Counted from the stretch's first letter, positions 49,619 to 60,027 are shown. The stretch is DNA of 64,000 nt from Clostridiales bacterium (GCA_017513085.1 JAFWDK010000009.1:64001-128000); one strand, 5' to 3'. Numbers and translations: made by a program. Notes: generated by a model not told the origin, from the letters alone.

Positions 49619-49914
49619 CCGGATCGCCCCTTTCTTTTTAGTTTGTAGTTTCTATTTAGATTATGCACTTATTTTACATTTTGCGCTAGTAGGTAATTGA
49701 TAATAAGTTCTAAAGAAAATGTTTCTAAATTGTTAACAGCGGCGTGAATGGCGAAAAAGCCTTGTTTTTCAGCGTTTAAAAAGTTTTTACATGCTTTTGA
49801 AACCGATTCAGAGACAAGAATCGTACAAAAATGTGAAATTGTAATGTTACTGTTGTTTTGTATTAAAATAGGTTTGGTACACTTATTAAAATGCGACGAA
49901 AGGAGGAAGAGTAC

Positions 49915-51018
49915 GTGAGACGTGGAAGTATCGTTACTTTTTTGATAGGCTGCCTGTTACTAACATCCTGTCAGATCGCGGATCCGTCCTCCACGACATC
50001 TTCCTTGCCGACAACGTCCGAAACAGAGCTGGTGACGACCACCACCATTTTGGACACGCCGACTCCTTCTCCGATACCGACTGATACACCGACTCCGACA
50101 CCATCTCCGACTCCAACGCCGACGCAGATCCTGGTGAGTTTTATAGGTGATACGACTTTGGGCGAACAAAGTATCCATGCCGGCGAGTCGTATTGTTTCA
50201 CCAACGTGGTCGGAACCAATTACTTCTATCCTTTTTCAAAAGCACTTCCTTATCTGGAGAAAGATGATATGACGCTTTGCAATCTTGAAGGACCTCTGAC
50301 TACGTCGAATTCGAAGCGGCCGGAGCGAGAGATCTATCTCAAGGGCGCGCCTCGTTTTGTTGAGGTACTGACCAATGGTAGTGTCGAGTGCGTCAATCTG
50401 GCTAATAATCACACACATGATTATCAGGAAGAGGGATTGAATGAAACCAGGAGAACACTGGAACAGGCGGGGATCAAGTGGAGTGATTCGACATCTTTTG
50501 CCACATATGAAGTAAAAGGCGTGAAGATCGGGATGGCCGGGTTCAACTTTACTTATGAAAGAAAACCATATTATAACGCGATCGATTATCTGCGCGAACA
50601 GGGATGTGAGATCGTGATCATCTCCAGCCATATCGGCGTCGAGCGTATGTATGAGCCCGAAAACTCTGCCATTGAGCTTGCGCATGACATTATAGATTAT
50701 GGCGCGGATATTTATGTTGGATCCCATCCGCATCGTCTGCAGCCGGTCGAGTTCTATAAAGATAAATACATTATATATAGCGAATCGAATTTCTGTTTCG
50801 GAGGCCAGCCGTTTCTCAGTGATCCGGATACGGCTATCTTCCAGTGTACTTTCTCTGTTGACGACGGCCGGGTGGTGGAGTCCCGAATGGAATGCATCCC
50901 GTTTTCCATGCGCTCGAGCGATTCCGGAAATGACTATTGTCCAATGCCTTACGAAAAGGGCAGTGAAGGCTATGAGCGGGTATATAAGAAGCTTCGCTGG
51001 TCGGACGAAAACGAGTAA
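49915..51018 (+). CDS. CapA family metallophosphatase-fold lipoprotein
   Basis: AGGAGG + GTG start, LTSC lipobox, GD, NLEG, NLANNH, GSHPH. Confidence 0.88.
   Translation: MRRGSIVTFLIGCLLLTSCQIADPSSTTSSLPTTSETELVTTTTILDTPTPSPIPTDTPTPTPSPTPTPTQILVSFIGDTTLGEQSIHAGESYCFTNVVGTNYFYPFSKALPYLEKDDMTLCNLEGPLTTSNSKRPEREIYLKGAPRFVEVLTNGSVECVNLANNHTHDYQEEGLNETRRTLEQAGIKWSDSTSFATYEVKGVKIGMAGFNFTYERKPYYNAIDYLREQGCEIVIISSHIGVERMYEPENSAIELAHDIIDYGADIYVGSHPHRLQPVEFYKDKYIIYSESNFCFGGQPFLSDPDTAIFQCTFSVDDGRVVESRMECIPFSMRSSDSGNDYCPMPYEKGSEGYERVYKKLRWSDENE
50053..50124 (+). repeat. Coding (PT)n linker repeat
   Basis: DTPTPSPIPTDTPTPTPSPTPTPT. Confidence 0.8.
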
Positions 51019-51208
51019 TATCAACGAGTATTCATAGTATAAACATAAATAATATGGTGTTTTGCCCAAATCAGAAAAAAACGATGGTGCAGAACACCAT
51101 TTTTGTTTTATAATAGGTCTGTTCTTTTCTTTTGGGGAGAAATCTATTCAGATCATTCCTTCCGGGGAAGAATTCAACATTTTCAATGTTGGCAGGAGGG
51201 CACAATAC

Positions 51209-51718
51209 ATGGCACAAGCTAAGGTCCTGGTCGTTATGGGCAGTGATTCCGATTTCCCCGTTATGGAGGGGTGTTTCAAGTTACTTAAGAAGTTTGATAT
51301 TCCTTTCGATGCAAGAGTATGCTCGGCACATAGAACGCCGGAACTGGCAGCTCAGATCGCGTCTTCCGCTAAAGCGGATGGTTATAGCGTGATCATTGCG
51401 GCAGCCGGACTTGCGGCACATCTGGCAGGTGTGATCGCTGCACACACGGTTCTTCCGGTCATTGGCGTTCCCTGCAAGGGCGGCGCACTTCACGGTGTGG
51501 ATGCCCTTTATGCTGTCGTACAGATGCCGACCGGTATTCCGGTTGCAACAGTAGCCATCGATGGTGGAAGTAATGCTGCGATCCTTGCCGCACAGATGCT
51601 GGCACTTTCGGATGAAGTGCTTTCCGGAAAGCTTTCGGAATATAAAGCCGGTCTTGCGGCTTCGGTAGCGGAACGCGATGCTCGACTACAAGAAAAAATA
51701 GCAAATATGGGAGAGTAA
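51209..51718 (+). CDS. purE: N5-CAIR mutase
   Basis: MGSDSD, SAHRTP, AGLAAHL, QMPTGIPVATV. Confidence 0.96.
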   Translation: MAQAKVLVVMGSDSDFPVMEGCFKLLKKFDIPFDARVCSAHRTPELAAQIASSAKADGYSVIIAAAGLAAHLAGVIAAHTVLPVIGVPCKGGALHGVDALYAVVQMPTGIPVATVAIDGGSNAAILAAQMLALSDEVLSGKLSEYKAGLAASVAERDARLQEKIANMGE

Positions 51719-51722
51719 CACT

Positions 51723-53147
51723 ATGAGCAGAAAGTTACAAGAAGAATGCGGAGTTTTCGGCGTTTTCGATACTGCGAAGACAAGTCCCGATATCTCCAAA
51801 CTGACGTACTACGGCATTTTCTCGCTTCAGCACAGAGGCCAGGCTTCCGCAGGTATCGTTGTCAACCATGACGGGCAGTTTCTCTGCCACAAGGCCCACG
51901 GTCTGGTAGCCGATGTTTTCGATGACTTGCATCTGGGAACGCTTACCGGCCATGCTGCAATCGGACATGTCAGAACTCCGGCCCCGAATGAGAGCGGCTA
52001 TGACGTGGTTCAGCCGATGCAGATCAAGTCACATTCCGGTCAGATCGCTATTTCGATCAATGGTTCGATCCTAAATGCGGAAAAACTTCGTGAGTCTCTG
52101 AAAGAGATCGGCGCGATCTTCCAGACAACGGCTGATTTTGAAGTCTTGCTTTCCCTGATCGCAAGAAACCGCGTATCAACCAATTCCCTTGAGGAAGCGA
52201 TCCAGAAGATGATGAGCGAACTTAAGGGTGCTTATGCATTCCTCGTGATGAGCGAAGACCGTATCATCGGTGCACGTGACCCGCTCGGACTTCGTCCGCT
52301 GGTCCTTGGCAAAAAGGGTGATATGTACATGCTGGCATCTGAGAATTGTGCTTTTGATGCAATCGGCGCGGAAACGATCCGCGATGTGCTCCCTGGTGAG
52401 ATCATTACGATCAAAGAAGATGGTTATTCATCGATCTATACAGTTCCGAAGGAGTGTGCGCATAAGGACGGAAAACTTTGTATCTTCGAATTTGTTTATC
52501 TGGCCAGACCGGATAGTTTTATCGATGGTACAAGCGTTTATGAATCCCGTGTAAATACAGGACGCGCACTGGCTCGTGAGTGCCCGTGCGATGCAGACCT
52601 TGTTGTTGCGGCACCGGACTCCGGTATTGCAGCAGCGATCGGATATGCGCAGGAAAGCGGTATTACATACGGACAGGCGCTTCTGAAAAACCGTTATGTC
52701 GGCCGTACATTTATCGAGGGAACACAGGCTGCACGTGAAATGGCGGTTCGTTTGAAGTTCTCTGTTCTGAAGACTGCGGTGAAAGGTAAGAAGATCGTTA
52801 TCATCGACGACTCTGTCGTACGTGGTACTACTACTAAACATATTATTTCCTTCCTTCGTGAGGAAGGTGCGAAAGAAGTGCATCTCCGTGTTGCATCTCC
52901 GCCGGTTAAATATCCTTGCTATTACGGTGTTTCGGCTTCCGAGGCAGATATGCTTCCTGCCCGCTCGATGAGTGTGGAAGAGATCCGTGATATGCTCGGC
53001 GCTGATTCCCTCGGTTATGTAAGTCTGGAAGGGCTGAAAGCTTCTACAGAAGGCGCGCTTTGCGGCCACTGCAGTGCTTGCTTTGACGGTATCTTCCCGG
53101 CCGGTGTTCCGGAAGAGTGCGGTGAAGATTCTCCGCATCGTATCTGA
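51723..53147 (+). CDS. purF: Amidophosphoribosyltransferase (Fe-S type)
   Basis: EECGVFG, QHRGQ, RDPLGLRPL, CIFEFVY, DDSVVRGTT, CSAC. Confidence 0.95.
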   Translation: MSRKLQEECGVFGVFDTAKTSPDISKLTYYGIFSLQHRGQASAGIVVNHDGQFLCHKAHGLVADVFDDLHLGTLTGHAAIGHVRTPAPNESGYDVVQPMQIKSHSGQIAISINGSILNAEKLRESLKEIGAIFQTTADFEVLLSLIARNRVSTNSLEEAIQKMMSELKGAYAFLVMSEDRIIGARDPLGLRPLVLGKKGDMYMLASENCAFDAIGAETIRDVLPGEIITIKEDGYSSIYTVPKECAHKDGKLCIFEFVYLARPDSFIDGTSVYESRVNTGRALARECPCDADLVVAAPDSGIAAAIGYAQESGITYGQALLKNRYVGRTFIEGTQAAREMAVRLKFSVLKTAVKGKKIVIIDDSVVRGTTTKHIISFLREEGAKEVHLRVASPPVKYPCYYGVSASEADMLPARSMSVEEIRDMLGADSLGYVSLEGLKASTEGALCGHCSACFDGIFPAGVPEECGEDSPHRI

Positions 53148-53155
53148 GGTGCCAC

Positions 53156-53773
53156 ATGAAGATAGCGGTATTTGTCAGCGGCGGTGGTACGAACCTGCAG
53201 GCGATCATCGATAAGATCCAAAGCGGGGAGATCAAAAATGTGGAGATCTCGGAAGTCATCGCCAGCAACGATAAAGCCTATGCCATTGAGCGTGCGAAGA
53301 ATGCAGGCATCCCGAGCAAGGTGATTTCGAAGAGAGAACTTGGTGATGCGTATGACGATACGACGCTTCAGGAACTGGATCATCTGGGTGTGGATCTTGT
53401 TGTTCTGGCCGGATTCCTTTCCATGCTGGGACCGAAGACTGTGGCGGCATATGCAAATCGTATTATCAATATCCACCCGGCCCTGATCCCTGCTTTTTGC
53501 GGCAAGGGCATGTACGGCATCCGCCCGCATGAAGCGGCGCTTGCAAAAGGAGTTAAAGTGTCCGGCGCGACTGTACATTTTGTCAATGAGAATTATGACG
53601 AGGGACCGATCATTCTTCAGAAGACAGTCGAAGTGCAACAGGACGATACTCCGGAGACTTTGCAGAAGAGGATCATGGTGGAGTGTGAACAGGTGATCCT
53701 GCCGAAGGCGATCCAGCTGATTGCTGACGGAAAGATAGAAGTAGTTAATAATTTGGTTAGAGTCAAGCCTTAA
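53156..53773 (+). CDS. purN: Phosphoribosylglycinamide formyltransferase
   Basis: SGGGTNLQA, LAGF, NIHPAL, GATVHFV, DEGPII. Confidence 0.96.
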   Translation: MKIAVFVSGGGTNLQAIIDKIQSGEIKNVEISEVIASNDKAYAIERAKNAGIPSKVISKRELGDAYDDTTLQELDHLGVDLVVLAGFLSMLGPKTVAAYANRIINIHPALIPAFCGKGMYGIRPHEAALAKGVKVSGATVHFVNENYDEGPIILQKTVEVQQDDTPETLQKRIMVECEQVILPKAIQLIADGKIEVVNNLVRVKP

Positions 53774-53793
53774 GACTCGGAAAGGAAAACATT

Positions 53794-55338
53794 ATGATTA
53801 GAAGAGCGATTATTAGTGTATCCGACAAGACGGGCATTGCCGATTTTGCCAGAAAACTTGTTGAACTGAATGTGGAGATCCTCTCAACCGGCGGAACAGC
53901 AAAGCTTCTGGAGAAGGAAGGCATCCCTTGTAAGGAAGTTTCCGAGATCACAGGCTTCCCGGAGTGCCTCGACGGACGTGTAAAGACACTTCATCCGTTG
54001 ATCCATGGCGGTATCCTGGCTATGCGTGGAAACCCGGAGCACATGAAGAGAGTAGAAGAACTGGGCATTGGCCTGATCGATATGATCGTTGTAAATCTCT
54101 ATCCTTTCAAGGCAACTATCCAAAAGCCGGGCGTTGCTTTTGAAGAGTGCGTCGAGAACATCGACATCGGCGGACCGTCTATGCTCCGTGCAGCGGCTAA
54201 GAACCATAAGGACGTTACAGTTATTACTGATCCGGACGACTATGAGCAGGTCCTTTCCGAAATGAAGGCGACAGGCGACACAACATATGAGACACGCTTT
54301 AAGCTCGCGAAGAAAGTATTCGAGCACACGGCAGCTTACGATGCTCTTATCGCCAACTACTTCCTGTCTGTTTCCGAAGATAAGACTCTGCCGAAGCAGT
54401 ACACAGTTACTTTTGATAAGGTTGCTGAGATGCGTTACGGCGAGAACCCGCACCAGAAGGCGACTTTCTTCCAGAATGCATTGCCGGTCAAGGGTTCCCT
54501 TGCTGAAGCGAAGCAGCTCAATGGTAAGGAATTGTCCTACAACAATATTTCCGATACAGACGCGACCATCAACTGTCTGAAGGAATTTGACGAGCCGACA
54601 GTTGTTGCGGTTAAGCACGCAAATCCGTGTGGTGTCGGTTCTGCTGACAATATCTACGATGCATGGGTAAAGGCTTACGAGGCTGACTCCGTTTCCATCT
54701 TCGGCGGTATCGTTGCTGCAAACCGTGAGATCGATGGTAAGACTGCTGCTGAAATGGCGAAGATCTTCCTGGAGGTCATCGTGGCTCCTTCCTATACACA
54801 GGAAGCTCTGGATATCCTCTGCGCGAAGAAGAACCTGCGTGTTCTCGTTCTTCCGGATATCTCTGCTCCGATCCCGGAAGGTGAATACAACTATAAGCGC
54901 GTAAACGGTGGCCTGCTCGTTCAGGATCACGACCGTGGAATCTACGATGAGGCAGAGCTTAAGACGGTTACCAAGACGGAGATCGATCCGGCTCTTAAGG
55001 ACGATATGCTCTTTGCGATGAAGGTCGTTAAGCATGTTAAGTCTAATGGTATCGTAGTCGTCAAGAATAAGCAGACACTGGGTGTTGGCCCTGGCCAGAC
55101 AAACCGTGTCGGCGCTGCGAAGATCGCTTTGGATTTTGCAGGTGAAAAGGCGAAGGGTGCGATCCTTGGTTCCGATGCTTTCTTCCCGTTCTCTGACTGC
55201 GTAGAGACAGCTCACGAGTACGGCATCACAGCAATCGTTCAGCCTGGCGGATCCATCCGTGACCAGGAGAGTATCGATGCTTGCGATAAGTACGGTATTG
55301 CGATGCTCTTCACAGGTGTACGTCATTTCAGACACTAA
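53794..55338 (+). CDS. purH: Bifunctional AICAR transformylase/IMP cyclohydrolase
   Basis: SVSDKTG, GRVKTLHP, RYGENPHQ, KHANPCG, SDAFFPF, RHFRH. Confidence 0.97.
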   Translation: MIRRAIISVSDKTGIADFARKLVELNVEILSTGGTAKLLEKEGIPCKEVSEITGFPECLDGRVKTLHPLIHGGILAMRGNPEHMKRVEELGIGLIDMIVVNLYPFKATIQKPGVAFEECVENIDIGGPSMLRAAAKNHKDVTVITDPDDYEQVLSEMKATGDTTYETRFKLAKKVFEHTAAYDALIANYFLSVSEDKTLPKQYTVTFDKVAEMRYGENPHQKATFFQNALPVKGSLAEAKQLNGKELSYNNISDTDATINCLKEFDEPTVVAVKHANPCGVGSADNIYDAWVKAYEADSVSIFGGIVAANREIDGKTAAEMAKIFLEVIVAPSYTQEALDILCAKKNLRVLVLPDISAPIPEGEYNYKRVNGGLLVQDHDRGIYDEAELKTVTKTEIDPALKDDMLFAMKVVKHVKSNGIVVVKNKQTLGVGPGQTNRVGAAKIALDFAGEKAKGAILGSDAFFPFSDCVETAHEYGITAIVQPGGSIRDQESIDACDKYGIAMLFTGVRHFRH

Positions 55339-55357
55339 TACTTCATTCTAGTAACTA

Positions 55358-55448
55358 AGAGCCCCGACTGTGGGATGATTTCTTGCGATTCAGACAGTTC
55401 GCTTGCGCGAAACGCGTCGCCAGAGATATTCCCACAGCCGGGGCTTCT
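55358..55448. repeat. ~90-nt extended hairpin (REP/MITE-like) after purH
   Basis: AGCCCCG-A-CTGTGGGA...TTCGC-TTGC-GCGAA...TCCCACAG-C-CGGGGCT. Confidence 0.65.
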
Positions 55449-55624
55449 GTATTTGCCGGGGAATGAATTCGTTAGTGCCAAATTCGCTCTATAGGCAATT
55501 ATGAGTCTTCATTTGCAGACCAAAATGGAATTGCATTCCGTTCAGGGTGCTTTTTTATGGGGAAAGAAACGGGAATGAAGTGGTATAATAGCAATGTTTG
55601 AAAAATGGTTTTGGGGGGAAGACT

Positions 55625-56920
55625 ATGGATTATTCAAGTATCAGAAAACAGTACACGGCTGAACTGACGAATTTCTACCAGGGAGGTGCTTTCCCGCAGA
55701 GAGCTTCTGCGGATCTGCGCTTCGCCTTGGATTGTCAGAGAAAGAGGGTCGCAAAGTTTGGCCTGACGATGCAGAAGAAATTCGAAAAGGACGGCGCAGA
55801 AAACGAGAAGATCTTCGAGCATGTCCAGTATCCGTATACTTATACGCTTACGAAAAATAACTGTGATTATGAGACAGATTTTTATAAGAACGGACAACAA
55901 GTAGGCCGTTCGGATATAACGGAAGAGACCCTATATACTGGAATACTGAATAAACAGAACAACGCTCAGGAACAGTATACATGTAAAAACTGCGGACATA
56001 CGGATCTTCTTTCTAAGTTTGCTTCCGGCTGTCCGATGTGTGGTACGACATATGAGATGCCACAAGTCTATCCTTGTATTTCCGGCTACTACACAAGACC
56101 GACGGTGATAAGCAAGAAGCTCTATAAAGGGATGATGAAGGGCGGTTTCTGGTATTTCGGCCTTCTTGGCGCCATTTTCGGTACATTGGCAGGCCTTGCG
56201 ATTGCTGAAGAACAAGGACTGGAAGGCGGACAAGCTTTTGCAATGGTCCTCTTTACGATCTTGGTTTTCGGAGGAGGTCTGCTGCTTTTCGGCTTCGTCT
56301 TTTTCCATCTGCTGCTGGGACCACTTCTGGCAGCAAAAAAAGCAACGCAGGTTAGTAAAGAAGTAAAAGAGAACCGTGCAGGTGCGGAGACAAAATCGAG
56401 AATGGAAGCGGATCTGAAGAAGTACGATGAAGGTTTTTCTTATGAATACTTTGAAGAAAAAGTGCTTTCACTTCTTCGAGGCATCGTTTTTTCGGAGAAT
56501 CGAAACGCATTGACGATCTATGACGGTCAGGATCCGCTTCAGTATATGAATAATATCGTAGATGTAGAGTATTGTGGCACTCTCGAATATGTAGGAAGCA
56601 GTGTTGTCGATAATGTTCTTCGCGTAAGTGCCAAAGCCTATGTTGTCAGCGCATGTTATGACAATTCGACCGGGAGAGTAGATTTTAATAAGCAGGTCTA
56701 TCAAATGATCCTTGCAAAAAAGGTGAAGAAAGAAGACTATGGTTTCTCGATCCACGCGGTTAATTGCAAGAAGTGCGCCGGTTCTTTTGACGCGATCCAT
56801 GTCAGCACATGTCCGTACTGCGGCGCGACCTATTCCTTGATTGAAGATAACTGGGTCGTAAACCAGATCACTTGTGTCAAGACAACTCCGCAATATTTGA
56901 TTCCGCAGAATACAATCTAA
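55625..56920 (+). CDS. Membrane protein with two Zn ribbons and Tim44-like domains
   Basis: CKNC..CPMC, two TMs, YDEGFS..F, CKKC..CPYC, DNW; own TATAAT promoter and GGGGGGA RBS. Confidence 0.78.
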   Translation: MDYSSIRKQYTAELTNFYQGGAFPQRASADLRFALDCQRKRVAKFGLTMQKKFEKDGAENEKIFEHVQYPYTYTLTKNNCDYETDFYKNGQQVGRSDITEETLYTGILNKQNNAQEQYTCKNCGHTDLLSKFASGCPMCGTTYEMPQVYPCISGYYTRPTVISKKLYKGMMKGGFWYFGLLGAIFGTLAGLAIAEEQGLEGGQAFAMVLFTILVFGGGLLLFGFVFFHLLLGPLLAAKKATQVSKEVKENRAGAETKSRMEADLKKYDEGFSYEYFEEKVLSLLRGIVFSENRNALTIYDGQDPLQYMNNIVDVEYCGTLEYVGSSVVDNVLRVSAKAYVVSACYDNSTGRVDFNKQVYQMILAKKVKKEDYGFSIHAVNCKKCAGSFDAIHVSTCPYCGATYSLIEDNWVVNQITCVKTTPQYLIPQNTI

Positions 56921-57029
56921 AAGCACTTGGTGGTGGTATTTTCCGATGGGTTTGTTATAATGAATTGTCAGGTCCGTGGAGGTGCGTTTCTGCGAACCGG
57001 AAGACAAACAAGATACCCGGAGGTAATTC

Positions 57030-58283
57030 ATGAAGGTTTTAGTAGTAGGCGGCGGTGGCCGTGAACATGCAATCTGTTGGAAACTGAAGCAGAGTCCGAG
57101 AGTTACGGAGCTTTATTGCGCACCGGGTAACGGTGGTATCGCGGAGATCGCAACATGTGTGCCGATCAAGGCAACAGACGTGGAAGCCATGGTGGAATAT
57201 GCGAAGAAAGAACAGTTCGATCTCGTATTTGTAGCTCCGGACGATCCGCTGGCTCTGGGTATGGTAGATAAGATGGAAGAAGCCGGACTTCGTGCTTTCG
57301 GTCCGCATGCAAATGCTGCGATCATAGAAGCGTCCAAGGCTTTTTCAAAAGAACTGATGAAGAAATACAACATCCCGACGGCGAAGTACCAGACATTCAC
57401 CAATCAGGACGAGGCGCTCGCATATCTTGAGACGCAGGATATGCCGATCGTTATTAAGGCCGATGGTCTGGCGCTCGGTAAGGGCGTTATCATTGCCCAG
57501 ACTCTTGATGAAGCCAAGAAGGCGGTCATCTCCATGATGAGCGATGGTGTATTCGGTAAATCCGGAAGTACAGTCGTAATCGAAGAATGCATGGTTGGTC
57601 CGGAAATGACACTTCTGGCTTTTGCTGACGGAAAGACCGTTATCCCGATGATTACATCCCGTGACCACAAGCGTGCTTATGACCATGACGAGGGTCTCAA
57701 TACCGGTGGTATGGGTGCAGTGACTCCGGGTGCGGATCTGACAGCAGAAGACGAGAAGAAAATCTACGATACGATCGTGGAGCCTACGATAAAAGCACTG
57801 GCTGCAGAGGGACGTCCGTTCAAGGGTGTCATCTACTATGGTCTCATGCTGACCAAAGACGGTGCGAAGGTCGTCGAATATAATGCACGTTTCGGCGATC
57901 CGGAGTGCCAGGCGATCCTGCCGCGTATGGAAAATGATCTGATGGAACTGGTGGATGCCTGCATCGATGGCACACTGGATCAGGTAGATCTGAAGTGGAA
58001 GCCGGGCTGCTCCTGTGTCGTTGTTATGGCCAGTGGCGGATATCCGGAGAAGTACGATAAGGGTTATGAGATCACAGGCATTAAGGAATGTGGACACCTT
58101 GTGTTCCAGGCCGGTACCGCCCTTAAGGATGGAAAACTAGTGACATCCGGCGGTCGTGTGCTCTGCGTCTATGCAGACGGCGCGACAATGGATGAAGCGA
58201 TCGATTCCGCATACGAAGGTGTGAAGAAGATCTCTTTCGAGAAAGCTCACTTTAGAACAGATATCGGCAGAACACTGGGATAA
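57030..58283 (+). CDS. purD: Phosphoribosylamine--glycine ligase
   Basis: GGGGREHA, APGNGG, KADGLALGKGV, NTGGMG, EYNARFGDPE, SGGRV. Confidence 0.97.
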   Translation: MKVLVVGGGGREHAICWKLKQSPRVTELYCAPGNGGIAEIATCVPIKATDVEAMVEYAKKEQFDLVFVAPDDPLALGMVDKMEEAGLRAFGPHANAAIIEASKAFSKELMKKYNIPTAKYQTFTNQDEALAYLETQDMPIVIKADGLALGKGVIIAQTLDEAKKAVISMMSDGVFGKSGSTVVIEECMVGPEMTLLAFADGKTVIPMITSRDHKRAYDHDEGLNTGGMGAVTPGADLTAEDEKKIYDTIVEPTIKALAAEGRPFKGVIYYGLMLTKDGAKVVEYNARFGDPECQAILPRMENDLMELVDACIDGTLDQVDLKWKPGCSCVVVMASGGYPEKYDKGYEITGIKECGHLVFQAGTALKDGKLVTSGGRVLCVYADGATMDEAIDSAYEGVKKISFEKAHFRTDIGRTLG

Positions 58284-58416
58284 GTGAAGCGCCGATTCGT
58301 ATCACCGCGCCGGGCAAGTGGAACGATGCTTCGTTTCGCACCGGGGCTTCCGGGATAAGTGCTTTTCGTGTATGGGCGGTATGACCGGGATCTAAACGGG
58401 GAAGAGGAGGTTCTCG

Positions 58417-60027
58417 ATGATTAAGAAGATTGCTTTTATCGCACTGGGAGTTTTCCTGTTTTTCGTCGGACTCGGTCTGATCGATGTGTACCTGTCGGAT
58501 CCGGAGATCCGATCGGATACGTCGTCTCTGGTGATCGGTATGATCCTCGGGATCGGTGTGGGCATCACGGGTATCGTTCTTACTGTGATCCATTCTTTAG
58601 ATCTTCGTGATATGCTCCGGGAGAAGCGTGGCTTGAAAAACCAGATTGCCAAGGAGCTTCGTTCGGAGTTGTGCCCGGATTTCTATAAGATCACGGAAGA
58701 TAAGACTGAATTTGAGCATCTGCTGCGGTCGTTCCGTAAGGATTATGCGGACTTCTTTTCCCATACAGGCGTGCAGGAAAACGACGCGATCCAGAAGGAT
58801 GCGACACAGCTTTACTGGCATATCCTTTCTCTTCAGAAGAACCGGCTCGACAGTAAGGAGATCGGGATGAAGTTTACTTCGGAACGGCTGGGTTACGGAA
58901 GTACGCCGCCGGTCCGGAAGAAGTCTTTCTTCGACGGGAAGTATAAGATCTCGGAAGTGTCGGAGACGGTGGAGGCGAAGGCGGAATTTCTAAAGCCTGA
59001 CGGGAAGAAGATCCATGTCCGTAAGTGTGTGGAGACTGCGACTTACCGGATCTTAGGTGCATCCATTAATACTTCTGCGGAAGTGATCTGCCCGAACTGT
59101 GGAAGCCCGTCGACGAGGGAAGACCTCATCGATGGTTGCGATTACTGCGGGACGAAGTTTACGGTGGAGGATCTGGATAACCGTGTGGCCGAGTTCGGGC
59201 TGCAGCATGACAGTGATGTCGAGTATGCAAAATACCAGGAGCGACGGGCGAAGCTGATCCCGATGGTGGCGCTGATCGTAGCCATTCCGACTTTTCTGAT
59301 CACGCTGACCATGAGTATCATCAATACGATCTCCAAGGATTACGGGATCCTGATCAACATCCCGGCGGTGCTTCTGGCGGCCGGTCTGGTGACGTTTATG
59401 GTCGTGATCCTGGCCGAGCTCATTTTTATCGTTTACGGGCTTCCGCTGATTCAGGGAATCGCCTCTTTCCGGTTCATGAGCGCCCGGATGATCAAGAAGA
59501 TGAAGGCCCGGAATAAGAAAAACGAGGAGTTCGCCAATTCAATCCGTCAGCATGATCCGCTGTTTTCGGTGAACGGATTCTATTCGAACCTGATCAATAA
59601 GCTGTCTGTGATCCATTATTCCCGGGGAACAGAAGATGCATCTGCTTTTGTCGAGAGTAAGACGGCGGAAGAACAGGTGGCTTCGGTGATCACGTCATAT
59701 CAGGATGTGATCGACATGCAGGTCGACTCGATCAAGATCCAGGGATATAAGGTGGGAGACCCCCTGCAGGAACTGAATGTGAAAGTTCAGCTTCTGCTTC
59801 TGAATAATAAAGGTAATAGTGTTTCTACCAAAAAAGAAACGGTGTACCTTACACTTGTTAAGGATGCGGCTTGTAAGACTCAGGCAGTCTGTGCGCCGTC
59901 CTTTACGAACTGTAAGCAATGTGGAGCACCGATGTCGCTTATGGCGGGCAGGGTCTGTAACTATTGCGGTCATGCAAGAAGACTCGCCGAGTATGACTGG
60001 GCGATCCGGAACTATAAGATCCTGTAA
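58417..60027 (+). CDS. Paralogous membrane protein with two Zn ribbons and Tim44-like domains (extra N-terminal 2 TM)
   Basis: CPNC..CDYC, two TMs, HDPLFS..F, CKQC..CNYC, YDW; AGGAGG RBS. Confidence 0.78.
   Translation: MIKKIAFIALGVFLFFVGLGLIDVYLSDPEIRSDTSSLVIGMILGIGVGITGIVLTVIHSLDLRDMLREKRGLKNQIAKELRSELCPDFYKITEDKTEFEHLLRSFRKDYADFFSHTGVQENDAIQKDATQLYWHILSLQKNRLDSKEIGMKFTSERLGYGSTPPVRKKSFFDGKYKISEVSETVEAKAEFLKPDGKKIHVRKCVETATYRILGASINTSAEVICPNCGSPSTREDLIDGCDYCGTKFTVEDLDNRVAEFGLQHDSDVEYAKYQERRAKLIPMVALIVAIPTFLITLTMSIINTISKDYGILINIPAVLLAAGLVTFMVVILAELIFIVYGLPLIQGIASFRFMSARMIKKMKARNKKNEEFANSIRQHDPLFSVNGFYSNLINKLSVIHYSRGTEDASAFVESKTAEEQVASVITSYQDVIDMQVDSIKIQGYKVGDPLQELNVKVQLLLLNNKGNSVSTKKETVYLTLVKDAACKTQAVCAPSFTNCKQCGAPMSLMAGRVCNYCGHARRLAEYDWAIRNYKIL

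Noticed and set aside
49840-49856. WalR-like box TGTAAT-N5-TGTTGT before the CapA gene
   Set aside because: Second half-site is poor and the context is AT-rich; not distinguishable from chance
53884-55335. 483-aa antisense ORF opposite purH (similar ones lie opposite typA, U32, DUF512 and the SDR gene)
   Set aside because: Same antisense shadow effect; no independent coding evidence
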